DNA of 62,375 bases, filler included, from Globobulimina sp. (GCA_003354225.1; 21 parts of 21 records of this genome joined end to end with filler, not necessarily neighbours in it); one strand, 5' to 3'; positions 22,181 to 33,271 are shown, counted from the whole stretch's first letter. Program-made: numbers and translations. The notes: generated from the letters alone by a model not told the origin.

Positions 22181-22287
22181 AATGGAGGCCCTTCACTTCA
22201 ATAGTAAGGGGTTACTATTACTTTTCAAAATTATTGGACTCAGTGCTGTGTAAGGCACCTTAAAATGGATATTAAAGGAGAATTGTT

Positions 22288-22629
22288 ATGTTGATGGTAG
22301 TTATTGGGATTTTAATATTAGTAGTTGGATTGACCACATGCGTGGCTCTATGTTATGAGGGTGAATATATTAAAGCAAGTACTTCATTTCTAGTTATACT
22401 TGTTGGTAGCTTTTTAATATATTTCGGGGTTATCGAAGAAGATAAACAAATGGAAATCGATAAACAAGTTGTAAGAGAAATTACAATCATGGTAAACAAT
22501 GAAGTAATTTACAGTGGATTACTCAAAGGTGAAATGAGTTTACCAAAATCATATTTTAAACGTATGCAGAATGGTGATAAGTTAAATGTTCTTTATAATG
22601 ATGTTATGAAGGGGGATGACGATGGTTAA
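22288..22629 (+). CDS. Phage membrane protein
   Basis: SD AAAGGAG, two N-terminal TM helices. Confidence 0.75.
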   Translation: MLMVVIGILILVVGLTTCVALCYEGEYIKASTSFLVILVGSFLIYFGVIEEDKQMEIDKQVVREITIMVNNEVIYSGLLKGEMSLPKSYFKRMQNGDKLNVLYNDVMKGDDDG

Positions 22630-22903
22630 CTTTTATTTAATTTCTACTTGTATTGCCATCATTACCGTTATAATACTTGCAGTCACCAACCATAGAAGTG
22701 AAATGAATGAATATGGTTATGTTATATATAATATTGGGGCGATTATTATAATCACCTTAATAACTATTACACCCGTATTAAACTCTATACTCATTCTTAT
22801 GGTGTTGTACAGTGGGTTGGTAGGGGTATTAGAATATATATTAGATCAAGAATTTACAATTACTAAGAAAGGAGATAAAGATGACAACAGCATGGGAAGA
22901 TAG
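22616..22903 (+). CDS. Phage membrane protein
   Basis: Overlaps the upstream gene, has 2-3 hydrophobic helices and a G-rich SD. Confidence 0.7.
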   Translation: MTMVNFYLISTCIAIITVIILAVTNHRSEMNEYGYVIYNIGAIIIITLITITPVLNSILILMVLYSGLVGVLEYILDQEFTITKKGDKDDNSMGR

Positions 22904-23087
22904 TGGTGATAACAAAGGGAAATATGATGAAAGTGTCAAATTTCTAGAGGAAACTATGAATAATATTAACGAATATTGTACAACTGATTGTATTCAAAAT
23001 ATTAAATCACAAGACGATAGACGATTTTTATACAGCTTTTATTTTAGATTGAAACGAGATCTGAAACTTCTTAAAGGTTTAAAATGA
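22881..23087 (+). CDS. Phage hypothetical protein
   Basis: SD AAGGAG; ATGA overlap with the next gene. Confidence 0.7.
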   Translation: MTTAWEDSGDNKGKYDESVKFLEETMNNINEYCTTDCIQNIKSQDDRRFLYSFYFRLKRDLKLLKGLK

Positions 23088-23521
23088 AACGTAGAGATTT
23101 CATAAAATGTACTATAGCTACAGTAGCCGGTGTGATATCAACATCGGTATTACCGGCATTACCTGAAGAAGATATTATAGTATGGGGTGAAAAAACTCTA
23201 AAACAGACTAGTTTTTCTAGACTTGATAATAGAAGAACTGTCCGATATATACAAAAAGTGGTCACACAGATATATGGCAAGTATATTGGTGAAATAAACG
23301 ATGATATAACTAGAACTTCAATGACCTACGATATCAATAAACAATTAGATCATTTATTGAATAATAATTATATAGACGAATATATGACAGTTATAGATGA
23401 ATGTAATAATGGACTTAAAGAAATAGATGCAAATAATTTGAATGTAGATGTGTATATTAAATTCGATAGAACATTACCATATACACGTTTATCATTTAAT
23501 TGTAAAAGGAGTAAATTATGA
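23084..23521 (+). CDS. Tat-like signal peptide fused to phage tail-sheath C-terminal domain
   Basis: N-terminus MKRRDFIK plus hydrophobic stretch; then IIVWGEKTL..FSRLDNRR..EINDDITR..VIDECNN..IDANNLNVDVYIK..RLSF, matching the gp18-type sheath C-terminal pattern. Confidence 0.8.
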   Translation: MKRRDFIKCTIATVAGVISTSVLPALPEEDIIVWGEKTLKQTSFSRLDNRRTVRYIQKVVTQIYGKYIGEINDDITRTSMTYDINKQLDHLLNNNYIDEYMTVIDECNNGLKEIDANNLNVDVYIKFDRTLPYTRLSFNCKRSKL

Positions 23522-23708
23522 AATTAGTAATAAATAAGTGTTTTGGTGGATTTGGATTAAGTGTTGAGGGACAAAAATTATATGCTAAAAAAGCAGGGTT
23601 CGAATTGCACTATTACAAACAAACAAAACATCAGCATAGAGATGGTGTAGACGAATGGGTTAAAATTGGAGAAGATGATGGTAGTCTTTTCATCGCCTCA
23701 GTTACTAA
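23518..23708 (+). CDS. Conserved phage hypothetical protein (3'-truncated)
   Basis: SD AAGGAG; N-terminus MKLVINKCFGGFGLS, which I recall as a recurrent phage hypothetical family. Confidence 0.75.
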
Positions 23709-24148
23709 NNNNNNNNNNNNNNNNNNNNNNNNNNNNNNNNNNNNNNNNNNNNTTAATTAATTAANNNNNNNNNNNNNNNNNNNNNNNNNNNNNNNNNNNN
23801 NNNNNNNNATTCTAAAGTATTGATAATTTTGGACACAATGTCTCTGTTCACCGAGTCATTCGATGCATTCGGGAAACTTCTTGATTCACCGAGCCCAAAT
23901 TCACTGAGTGTCAGAAAACGTGATTCGGTGATTCGACAGTTCAAAACTACTGATCATTAATGGAATGTTGGTAAAATACGTAATTAAAATTTGACCCTAG
24001 GTCCTAATTAAAATATGCTTCAAAAATTTGACGTTGTTACAATTTGTTGCAATTGCGATTACGCAATTTACCAACATTCCCTTAACAACGACTGACGTGT
24101 TGCACATTCTTTCACTGCAGTGTTTTTTAATTTTCAGCATAGTGTCAT

Positions 24149-26243
24149 AATGCTGGTATTGCAACGTGGATCTGCACAATTATCATACTCGCGGATACTA
24201 TTTATCCGGTTCCACTCTCATTCAACAAGGAACACGCCATCACCGACAGAATTCATTGTTACAAACACAAGCAATATTCTCGAATCACCACAAAATACGG
24301 AAAAACAAATGCATACTGAACAACATACCAACATTTTTAAAAATGCATTGAACAACATACCAACGCGTATTTTGCATCAATTATTAAAAAAAAATCGTAT
24401 AAAAGTGTCTTCCGCACAGAACCATAACAACAGAAACTATAAATATACGCCACCAAAAAAACTATTATTATCCAAACTATTTAGATTAACAAATTACAAC
24501 ACTCACAAAGCATCCTCTCCGTCACGCTTAGAAATCAATAATTTTGTCAACTTCTCCTCGGAATTGGTACGCAAAACCTGTTTAAAATTACGTGATTTGA
24601 ATGAATTTTATAATACAAATTACCATTTAATTAACACAAATCACCCATTTTATCAAACAGTGTCATTATTAATTGCAGAAATAAACACATTAAACAGAAA
24701 CATTTATGAAATATCAACCTCACACTCCAATCCATCCATTGATATCAATCCAAATAACACACACAATTTTGATCAATTAAAAAGAGATTTTCTTTATGAA
24801 TTATTGCCATCAATACACGACATCGATGATGAGAACAACAGTAAACATGACCATGATATGATAAAATTATGCCAAATATTTATAAAATTTATAAATTTCC
24901 CACGTTTCACAATGTTTGATCACATTCAATACATATCGCATTTATGTCATATTGATGAGATTTTAAATGGATTTTTAATCAAAAGAGTACATCCTTCGCG
25001 AACACAATATTACAATGAAAATAATAAAGATTCGGATAAGTATAACGACGACGAATACGATGATGAATATGATGACGATCAAGAATTTGAAGCAGATATT
25101 CAAATAAAAGATGAAAATGGAAATAATGTACCATTTCAAATACAAAGTGCCAGAACTTTATCAAAAACGGCACAGAAACAGTCGTTTCCGATGGACGAAG
25201 ATAAAGTAAATCAGTTATATATGAATCGCTTAAAAAATATTTATAAAATGGATTTGGCGCAATATGGTGTGTTTGGAATGGACGAAAACGTCCAAAATCA
25301 ATTAAAACGTGCACTATTATCACGTGGTTTACATCCATCATTTATTACCAATAAATCTCACAAAAACGCTAAAAATGATAACGTTTCCGCTTCGGACTTT
25401 GACGGAGATGGCACTAATAATGTGACTATAGAACATAATAAAGGAATTTTATTGCATGGCCCGCCAGGAACAGGCAAGACATTGTTGGCAAAATCATTAA
25501 AATATTTATTATTGACCGGTGAAGAGAACGTCTCCATAGTGAATGGACCAGAAATTGAGGACACATACATCGGACAAACGGAGAAAAACATTCGCAATTT
25601 ATTTGAAAATGCGAAGAATGATTCTAAACAGTATGGGGAACACAGTCCGTTACATATTATAATATTTGATGAGATTGATAGCATTGCAAAGAAAAGAGAT
25701 TCCAGCTCCAATTCAAAAGTGTATGACAAGGCCGTCCAACAGTTATTATCTTGTTTAGATGGCGCGAATACATTGAATAATGTGTTAACCATTGGCACCA
25801 CGAACAGATATCAAGATATTGATAATGCGTTATTGAGGCCGGGCCGGTTTGGGTGCCATATATTTATGAGTTTGCCCGACGAACAGCAAAGATATGATTT
25901 GTTGACAAATTGTTGTGGAGATATAGCGACGATGATGGATATGGAAAGTAACGGCGTTGGATGTGACTTGAAATGGTTAATAAATTTAACCGAAGGACTG
26001 TCGCATTCAGATATTGTTGCTTTATTGATACAAAGTAAAATTAATGGGATGGAGAGGATTATACAGGAATGGTTTGAAAAGAATGAAGAAGATGATGATT
26101 TGTATGAAAATATAAGGCAGAATTTTAAGATTAGTTCAAGAGATATTGTTTGTGCGTTGGACGAAATTAGGATCAATCAAGTTTATAGGGAACGTAATAA
26201 CAGACAATTAAATGATCACTATGCATATGATATTGTGTTTTAA
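24149..26243 (+). CDS. NSF/Sec18-like AAA+ ATPase with a single AAA module
   Basis: KGILLHGPPGTGKT, VNGPEI, SPLHIIIFDEID, QLLSCLDG, IGTTNR and ALLRPGRF form an NSF D1-type domain. The start position is uncertain. Confidence 0.85.
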
Positions 26244-26302
26244 CTTAATTTTCAATTCGTATCCTGTCCGTTCAGTCGTTTACTTCAAATATTATACTTC
26301 CA

Positions 26303-26683
26303 ATGTCGTCATTGTCTTCATTAAGAGAGAATGTTTCAGGTATTAATTGGCCATTATTTGCAAGTGCGACAGTTGGCGTATCAATGGCGGGGACAATGTT
26401 TTATGCGTATTTAAACAGAGCAAAGCCGCATGATAATATTCCAATGTTGCCATTCGAGTTTAATTATATTTTAGGTCATATACCAGCAATTTTGAAGCAT
26501 CATCATATTTTACACGACAAATTTTGTGAATTAATGGTTGAAGCAAATCAACCAAAATTAATTTCGTTCTCTCGTTTCTGGAATACTCACATTGTGATTT
26601 TAAATGACCCAAAGTTAATCGAATTTGTTTTTGAAAAAGAATTTGAATCATTTTTAAAAGGATCACGTCTTCGGGAACGTTAT
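26303..26683 (+). CDS. Cytochrome P450 N-terminal part (CYP86/704-like), truncated
   Basis: TM anchor, Pro-containing hinge with ILGHIP, then IVILNDPKLIEFVF..FESFLKG. Confidence 0.65.
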
Positions 26684-26890
26684 NNNNNNNNNNNNNNNNN
26701 NNNNNNNNNNNNNNNNNNNNNNNNNNNTTAATTAATTAANNNNNNNNNNNNNNNNNNNNNNNNNNNNNNNNNNNNNNNNNNNNGAAATAAGATATAAAAA
26801 ATATAAAATAAACACACACCAAAAAAAAAACACAAACCCACACTATACACTTATAATATTATATAATACGTTATTAATAATGTTGTTTTA

Positions 26891-28024
26891 TTATATTTGA
26901 TCAACTCCATAATGACCATAAAACATTGCATCTTTTCTCTCTGTTTCAATATAATTTATATCATTGTACGATTCCTCACTATCCGTCTCAACATCGGCCA
27001 TATCGACACTCGTCAGATCGAACGAACTGTTTTCTTGCAACACAACCAATGATTTTCTCCACAAATTATTACTGACTAATTTAGTATTTCCCAGCATTTG
27101 AATGGATTCCGATGTGACGTGTTTTGATTTTTTATTTTTTTCATATTCCTTATTCATCCAACTATCATCATTTAATATTTTCTGCTGTTTTACTTTTAAT
27201 TTGTCGCGTTGCCTTTTTTTGGAGGCTTTCTTTAATTTTAACTTACCAATTTTGCGTAGCTCCTTTCCTGTTTTCGTATATTTAATATCAATATGTTGTT
27301 CTTTATTATTTGTATCGTTTTCGACACAATTTGAAGGATTTGGCGTTGGTTTGCTACAAATTTGTTGTATTTGGTCTGCAGAATCACGATTCGAATCGAC
27401 ATTGTTATCATCAATATGAGAGTTGTTGCTATGGTCATGATTCTGAATGAAGTTATAAGTGCAATCATGATGCATTTGATTAAGACATTGTATCATTGAT
27501 ATTTCGGTATCCATCGAATGACCAAAATAGTTCAGTTTCTGTTCATCGTTATCTAATTTCGCAGTGATATCGTATAAATTGTCAATATGGTTTTGTTTAT
27601 TTAATTGCATTATGTGATTGAACATGGTTTGCATGAATTTATTGTTTGCGTCATGGTATGTGATGATATGATGATAATCGTCGCGTAAATTAAGTAAATC
27701 ATAGCCGTTCATTTTGGTACAAATTATGTCACAAATATTGTTTTTAAAATCGTGTTGCTGCTTTGGATCATAATTATGAATAAATAAATGATAGGTTGAT
27801 AATATATTGATGAGCTTAATGGAAATTGGACATAATTCAGTCATTGTATTATCGCACAATATCATCTCTGATATTTGCTCGTTAGTATTATCTTCATCTT
27901 CGTCGTCTGAGACTGACGTAATCAAATTTATATTGTCATTGTGTCGGTGTATTGATGTTTTGCTATCTTTCGCAGATGGTTTATCGCAGAGAGAATTTTT
28001 ACATTTACAACAACAGACACCCAT
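26891..28024 (-). CDS. Hypothetical protein with N-myristoylation/palmitoylation motif
   Basis: 377-aa ORF beginning MGVCCCKC. Confidence 0.7.
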   Translation of the reverse strand: MGVCCCKCKNSLCDKPSAKDSKTSIHRHNDNINLITSVSDDEDEDNTNEQISEMILCDNTMTELCPISIKLINILSTYHLFIHNYDPKQQHDFKNNICDIICTKMNGYDLLNLRDDYHHIITYHDANNKFMQTMFNHIMQLNKQNHIDNLYDITAKLDNDEQKLNYFGHSMDTEISMIQCLNQMHHDCTYNFIQNHDHSNNSHIDDNNVDSNRDSADQIQQICSKPTPNPSNCVENDTNNKEQHIDIKYTKTGKELRKIGKLKLKKASKKRQRDKLKVKQQKILNDDSWMNKEYEKNKKSKHVTSESIQMLGNTKLVSNNLWRKSLVVLQENSSFDLTSVDMADVETDSEESYNDINYIETERKDAMFYGHYGVDQI

Positions 28025-28094
28025 GTTTCAATAGGTTGAGTTTGCAAAACTTTTTTTATTAATGCGAAAAATTTCTGGAAAGTTCACCTTATTT

Positions 28095-28919
28095 TCATTC
28101 AAGACTGTCATGGTCATTTTGGGTCTCATTAATATCCTTTTTAGTCAATTCTATGATATATGTGGTGCCAAAATGCTTCCTTTTTATATTATCGATGATG
28201 ACATCATCTCTGTTTTGGATATATTTTAGAATATCTCGATTAAAATAGCAACCCCATGAATAGACATGCTTTAATAATTTTTTATTCTGATACATTTTAA
28301 TTAATTTCCAGTTTGAAATGCCATGCTCCAACAAAATTATTTTTTTGTTTGGTTTACAGACATTTATCATTTCAGTGATTGCTTTTTCTGGCTCTTCAAA
28401 TGAACAAATACCAAACGTATCAATCACAGAATCAAAAGTATCTTTTGGATATCGATTATATTCCGACAAACATTGAATATCGCAGCAATCGAACGATTTA
28501 AATATTTTTCGCCGACAAATGGGTTTTAAACGTAGTCTATCGATCATTCCTTGCGATTTATCAATGAAAAAAACCTCTGAGATATCATTATTGTATTTAT
28601 AATATTTAAGATTGCGACCAGTTCCCGCCGCAACTTCCAAAACACGCCCATTCGCTTTGCATATTGCATATTTTCGATATTTGCCCATTCTTAGAAACCA
28701 TTCGTCAAAATTTAATAACTTATCATAACTCTCTGACAATTTATCAAACACATCCATGCGCTCCTTTTCTGTCGGCGGCAAATCCGGCAGTTCATACGGT
28801 TCCTCTTCTTCTCCTTCATATTGGTTTTGATGGTACATCATAAGGTACGCAGTGCCGGTAAAACAAGTGCCAAACATTAACGCGCCACCTGCAATTTTAG
28901 CAATTGTAGGACCTGACAT
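28095..28919 (-). CDS. Class I SAM-dependent methyltransferase, OMS1-like
   Basis: N-terminal TM helix, VLEVAAGTGRN, FDSVIDTFGICS, ILLEHG and WGCYFNRDI. Confidence 0.85.
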   Translation of the reverse strand: MSGPTIAKIAGGALMFGTCFTGTAYLMMYHQNQYEGEEEEPYELPDLPPTEKERMDVFDKLSESYDKLLNFDEWFLRMGKYRKYAICKANGRVLEVAAGTGRNLKYYKYNNDISEVFFIDKSQGMIDRLRLKPICRRKIFKSFDCCDIQCLSEYNRYPKDTFDSVIDTFGICSFEEPEKAITEMINVCKPNKKIILLEHGISNWKLIKMYQNKKLLKHVYSWGCYFNRDILKYIQNRDDVIIDNIKRKHFGTTYIIELTKKDINETQNDHDSLE

Positions 28920-28972
28920 GATTAGTGCTCTCTGATAATTAATGCGTTAATTTTTAAAAAACGTTTTCAACA

Positions 28973-29658
28973 ATGACATCCCTGACGAGTTTATCAAACG
29001 GATTTTGTGAGTCATTCCTTCGAAATGGCCCGCCTGAATATGTCAACTCAGTTTCAGCATTATTTGTCATTTTCACAGGTTTATACGGCTCTTATCAAGT
29101 TTCCTGTTCTCCGAATGTTTCTAGTATATGGCGCATTATATTTTGCATGTTTGTTTTAAATGGAATGGCTTCAATGTGCTATCACTACACTCTTTATTTC
29201 GGATGGAAGTTTGCCGATGAATATAGTATGATAATTGCAGTGTATCAAGGGACCGAAGTAATGTTAAACAAAAGTATAGTGATTGATGAAAAATATTGCA
29301 ATCCAAAATATTACCCACTGCTATTGAATATAATTGCATTCATATTAATGAGTATATCAACAGTAAGTATAACATTGCTAGCAACAGATATGGAATCCAA
29401 CGATGTGGTGGCTATATCCTTTGGAATTGCTGCAATATGCATCTTGGCATTGACTTATTTTGCCACATATTATGCATATAAAAAAGAAAAAGAGTCAGAT
29501 GATGGACAGTTCAAAGTGTTTTTTAAATTATTGAATTCTATTTTAATTGTTACCTTTGTCGCTGCCGTGTCTTGGCTTGGCACAGAACCATTTTGTAAAA
29601 ATATAAAATGGATGCAATATTTACATGGACATACTTTGTGGCATTTTGGATCTTCATT
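28973..29658 (+). CDS. Alkaline ceramidase (CREST family), 3'-truncated
   Basis: FCE, EYVNSVS, SMCYHYTL, ADEYSM and HTLWH motifs; multiple TM helices. Confidence 0.88.
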
Positions 29659-30030
29659 NNNNNNNNNNNNNNNNNNNNNNNNNNNNNNNNNNNNNNNNNN
29701 NNTTAATTAATTAANNNNNNNNNNNNNNNNNNNNNNNNNNNNNNNNNNNNNNNNNNNNACCACCGCCAATATTATGAGCTCCATTCTTATTTACAATCTT
29801 AAATTGCAATGCAATCTGAATCATATCTGCAGCATATCTGCAGCAAATGACTATAATACAAAATTATGACAATGCAATTGCTGCAAGTGCGCCAACAGGT
29901 AAATCTCGAACAGCAAGGACAGCTCTTGCAGGATATGAATCCAATTCAGGCGATGATAAATCGAGCCACAAAAGTTAAATCGTTGCCCTTTCAGATTCTG
30001 GAGTCAGATTCTCGACACATTGCGGCTCAT

Positions 30031-31683
30031 TTAAACAACAGAAATCATGATTTCAATGTTCTTTGCAAACAAAATAGTGTTGGAAACGCGCCACCTGCTG
30101 CACAAAGTAGCGTCACTAAATACAATTTTTACTCCATTTTGTTGTATCTGTCTCTTCCCATTTGTAACCATACATGAATCACCATTACTATTTTTCTGTA
30201 ATATTTCAAGCGTGTATGTTACATTTTTTTTAATATATATTGGTTTTCTAAATACTAATTCTATTGGTACTTTTGATTGATAATTGTTTTTACATTCAAT
30301 GGTTTCATCAGCTGACCAAACTATGATATTTCCTTTATTATTCTTTGTATTCTCACCTGTATATATTTTACATTTCACAGTAATTGTTCCTTTATCACAA
30401 TTTAAAACACCAATCCCTCGCAAATAAATATCCTTATCCGTTTGAATACAAATTGCATCCTTTTTAAATCCACCATACTGCTTATGATACTGCCAATTCT
30501 TGAACTGAACATCACCTCTTTCTATTATAAATGTTTGAAATTTTGAAACTCTTTGTTTGGTTGAAAATAAACCACATTTAATATTTTTACAAATCAAATA
30601 ATTTAATATATCAATTGTTTCATCTTTTGTCAAACAATTTTGTGGTTCAATATTCTTTACAAAATATCGAGCATTCATTAATCCAAAACGTATCAAAGGA
30701 CATATTTCTTTTAATAACTGTAATTGGCATTCATTTGGGTTTGGTAAAATTTCTGATGCTTTCATATCATCGTTATCATTGCATGCATTTTTTATATCTT
30801 TTGTAACACACAAAAAGTAAATAACAAGCCGAAAATCCAAGAAAATTAAGTTGAATGAAATATGCTAATGAACCCAAAAGATTTAGTAATTATAACATTA
30901 CATACTAAAATCTGTTCTTTCATTAGCAAGCTGTTGTATATGAGATGGTGAGTAAACAAAAAACAATCCATAACAAAAAAGAATTTATCAACGAACAAAA
31001 AAGAATTATGCATAAATCAGAGGATGTACAGTAATACCTTTGATTGGTATATCTATGCATTGTTTTGATTGAGAATCAGCACATTTTAATGCATATTCCC
31101 AAATATCTTCTTCTTTGATCGCAAAGTTATTTGATTGCAAGACAAACTTTAATTGATTAATGCTTAAATATTGTTTTGAATTCATCAAACTATCTGCGGT
31201 AAAACTAGGTCCGTGTATAAATTGCTCGCATTTTAACACAAATTCTTTTACTTTAAATTTTATTGCTTCATTTCATAAAAAACATAAATCTTTTGCTGTT
31301 AAAAATAGATCAAAATATTCGTTGCATAATTTTGATAAAAATGATATTTGATATCTATCACAAATACTTTTTAATGAACTTATATGCTTTATATTAATTT
31401 CAGGATGTTGTGAATATGCAAACTTAATAACACATTCAAATGATTTAGCATCAATGTCGTCAATAATAACATCAGAATTAGGTTCAGATTCTTTCATGTC
31501 CCCATATAACATTGCCTTAAAAACGGGACTAATTATTGCGAGTAATAAACGATTTACTTCATATTCTGATTTATTTGGACCGATTACAAATGTGACATCA
31601 GTGAATTCATGCTGATTAAGAATCTTATTAAGATTAACAGAATGTTCTTTTCGTATCTTTGCTAACACGTCCTTGATTTCCAT
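30031..31683 (-). pseudogene. BTB-BACK-PHR domain gene with in-frame TGA and aberrant 3' end
   Basis: BTB (DVTFVIG, SPVFKAML), BACK (IKEEDIW, LIRFGLM) and PHR (DAICIQTDKDIYLRGIG). In-frame TGA at 31273-31275 (LCFL*NEAIK). The PHR domain lacks the usual GQIP ending. Confidence 0.7.
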
Positions 31684-31789
31684 TCACTTGAAAAAAAACT
31701 CTAAGTCTACTGTATGCAGAAAGAAAGAAGAAAACTAAAACAACAAAACAACGTACAATTAATAAATCGATCAATTCACTTTAAAAAAA

Positions 31790-32587
31790 TCAAAATATAA
31801 CCCATGACAACATTAATACGCCAATATCCGTATCATATGTATTGTTTATTGCCAATCTATCTGTTTTTGGACAGTACAGACTATAAAATGCAAAATGATA
31901 TGAATGTGACCATCGATATCCATTACAAAAAGACACAGCACATACAATCCATAATTGAATCATTGGCAGAATGTGCGAACAAAATATGTACAATGCTTTC
32001 TGTCTATAAATATGTTTGAAACAAATAGCATATGATCCATCGCTCTCTGATAACAACATAAATATAGTTAAATACGTTAATGTTACAATCACATAGATTA
32101 TTAATGTTGGTATAAATATCGATATCGCTACAAATAACAATGGAAAAGATACCATACAAAATACTGATAAATATATAATATCTGTTTTCCATGTTATATA
32201 TGGCACATATTTTGGCCATGTACCATTACGGAGTGTGTCCGGATCGATATTGAATGCTATAAATCCATTCAATTTCATACAAGGATGATATAAAATTAAC
32301 CCCACACAAAACGCATTGTATTTATGCCATGCGTGTAACTGCATATTTTCTGATTTATTGTACCACTCAATATAACGCATAATAATTATTACCAAACAAA
32401 CTATATTGAATATAAAACGTATCACAAAGTATATTTGACTGCAATAATATGTCAAAATAGTTCTAATATTGTCATTGCTCCGTTTCTCCGCGATATAATT
32501 ATTAATAGTATCAAAATTATCTGCCTCTATATTTTCAATCATTATTTCTGCAGTGACTGTATTCACAGTGTCTGGAATAAATGACAT
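31790..32587 (-). CDS. Multipass membrane hypothetical protein
   Basis: 265-aa ORF with several hydrophobic helices. Confidence 0.65.
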   Translation of the reverse strand: MSFIPDTVNTVTAEIMIENIEADNFDTINNYIAEKRSNDNIRTILTYYCSQIYFVIRFIFNIVCLVIIIMRYIEWYNKSENMQLHAWHKYNAFCVGLILYHPCMKLNGFIAFNIDPDTLRNGTWPKYVPYITWKTDIIYLSVFCMVSFPLLFVAISIFIPTLIIYVIVTLTYLTIFMLLSESDGSYAICFKHIYRQKALYIFCSHILPMIQLWIVCAVSFCNGYRWSHSYHFAFYSLYCPKTDRLAINNTYDTDIGVLMLSWVIF

Positions 32588-32911
32588 GACAATAATAGAT
32601 ATTTTACCGTAAATCGTATGATCAGATCGAATGNNNNNNNNNNNNNNNNNNNNNNNNNNNNNNNNNNNNNNNNNNNNTTAATTAATTAANNNNNNNNNNN
32701 NNNNNNNNNNNNNNNNNNNNNNNNNNNNNNNNNGTGTCTCGTTTTTCTGTTTTAGATGATTTATTGCATGTTGTCACAATGTCATTATTGTGTTTTTGAT
32801 GATGCACTTCCTCGCATTCGTTAGTTACTGTGTTACGATTTTTATTTTTGTGATGTTGTTGTTTGTGTTTAAGAAGGGGGGAACGTAGGGAATGTCGCTC
32901 CATTTTATGAT

Positions 32912-33271
32912 TTATAATTGTTGGAATTCCGGGTATATGTTATATTGAACTGAATGTGTTTGTGTCCAGTCGACGTAATCAAAGAATCGACACTGACAAT
33001 TTTCTATTTCAGCTCTGCAAGTTCGACACGAAGGAACAAAGAGACGATTCCAAATACCAAATGAGATTTCGTTATCGATGTAATAACAAATTTCCTCGTG
33101 TGGCGGATCAAAGTAATGTCCTTCGAGCGTAGAATCAATAATATATTGATTAATGTGTTCAGCAGTTTGTCTGCGATCGTTGGCTTCAGCTACGATCGAA
33201 CGACGAGTCTCTTCGTATAAGTCAATGGAACGCTGAACGCTAAGTTCGTTGTCCGTTGATATATATTGCAC
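32912..33271 (-). CDS. Hypothetical protein (start uncertain)
   Basis: ORF with a CxxC..CxC cluster; the frame stays open upstream to about 33400. Confidence 0.35.
   Translation of the reverse strand: MQYISTDNELSVQRSIDLYEETRRSIVAEANDRRQTAEHINQYIIDSTLEGHYFDPPHEEICYYIDNEISFGIWNRLFVPSCRTCRAEIENCQCRFFDYVDWTQTHSVQYNIYPEFQQL

Larger units (their letters stand above)
20833..23708 (+). mobile_element. Bacteriophage genome fragment (likely large myovirus, early/accessory region)
   Basis: Nine short co-oriented intron-less ORFs, Shine-Dalgarno sites (GGAGG/AAGGAG), ATGA stop/start overlaps, a sigma70 promoter, a rho-independent terminator and phage-type protein motifs. Confidence 0.85.

Noticed and set aside
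20833-23708. Alternative genetic code (TGA=Trp) for the phage
   Set aside because: Three genes end in TGA overlapping or adjacent to the next ATG, and Trp is encoded by TGG. Only one in-frame TGA was seen.
31273-31275. TGA reassignment or selenocysteine in the eukaryote
   Set aside because: Many host genes end at TGA (for example 5574, 14639, 40962, 52893), and the position is not a Cys/redox site.
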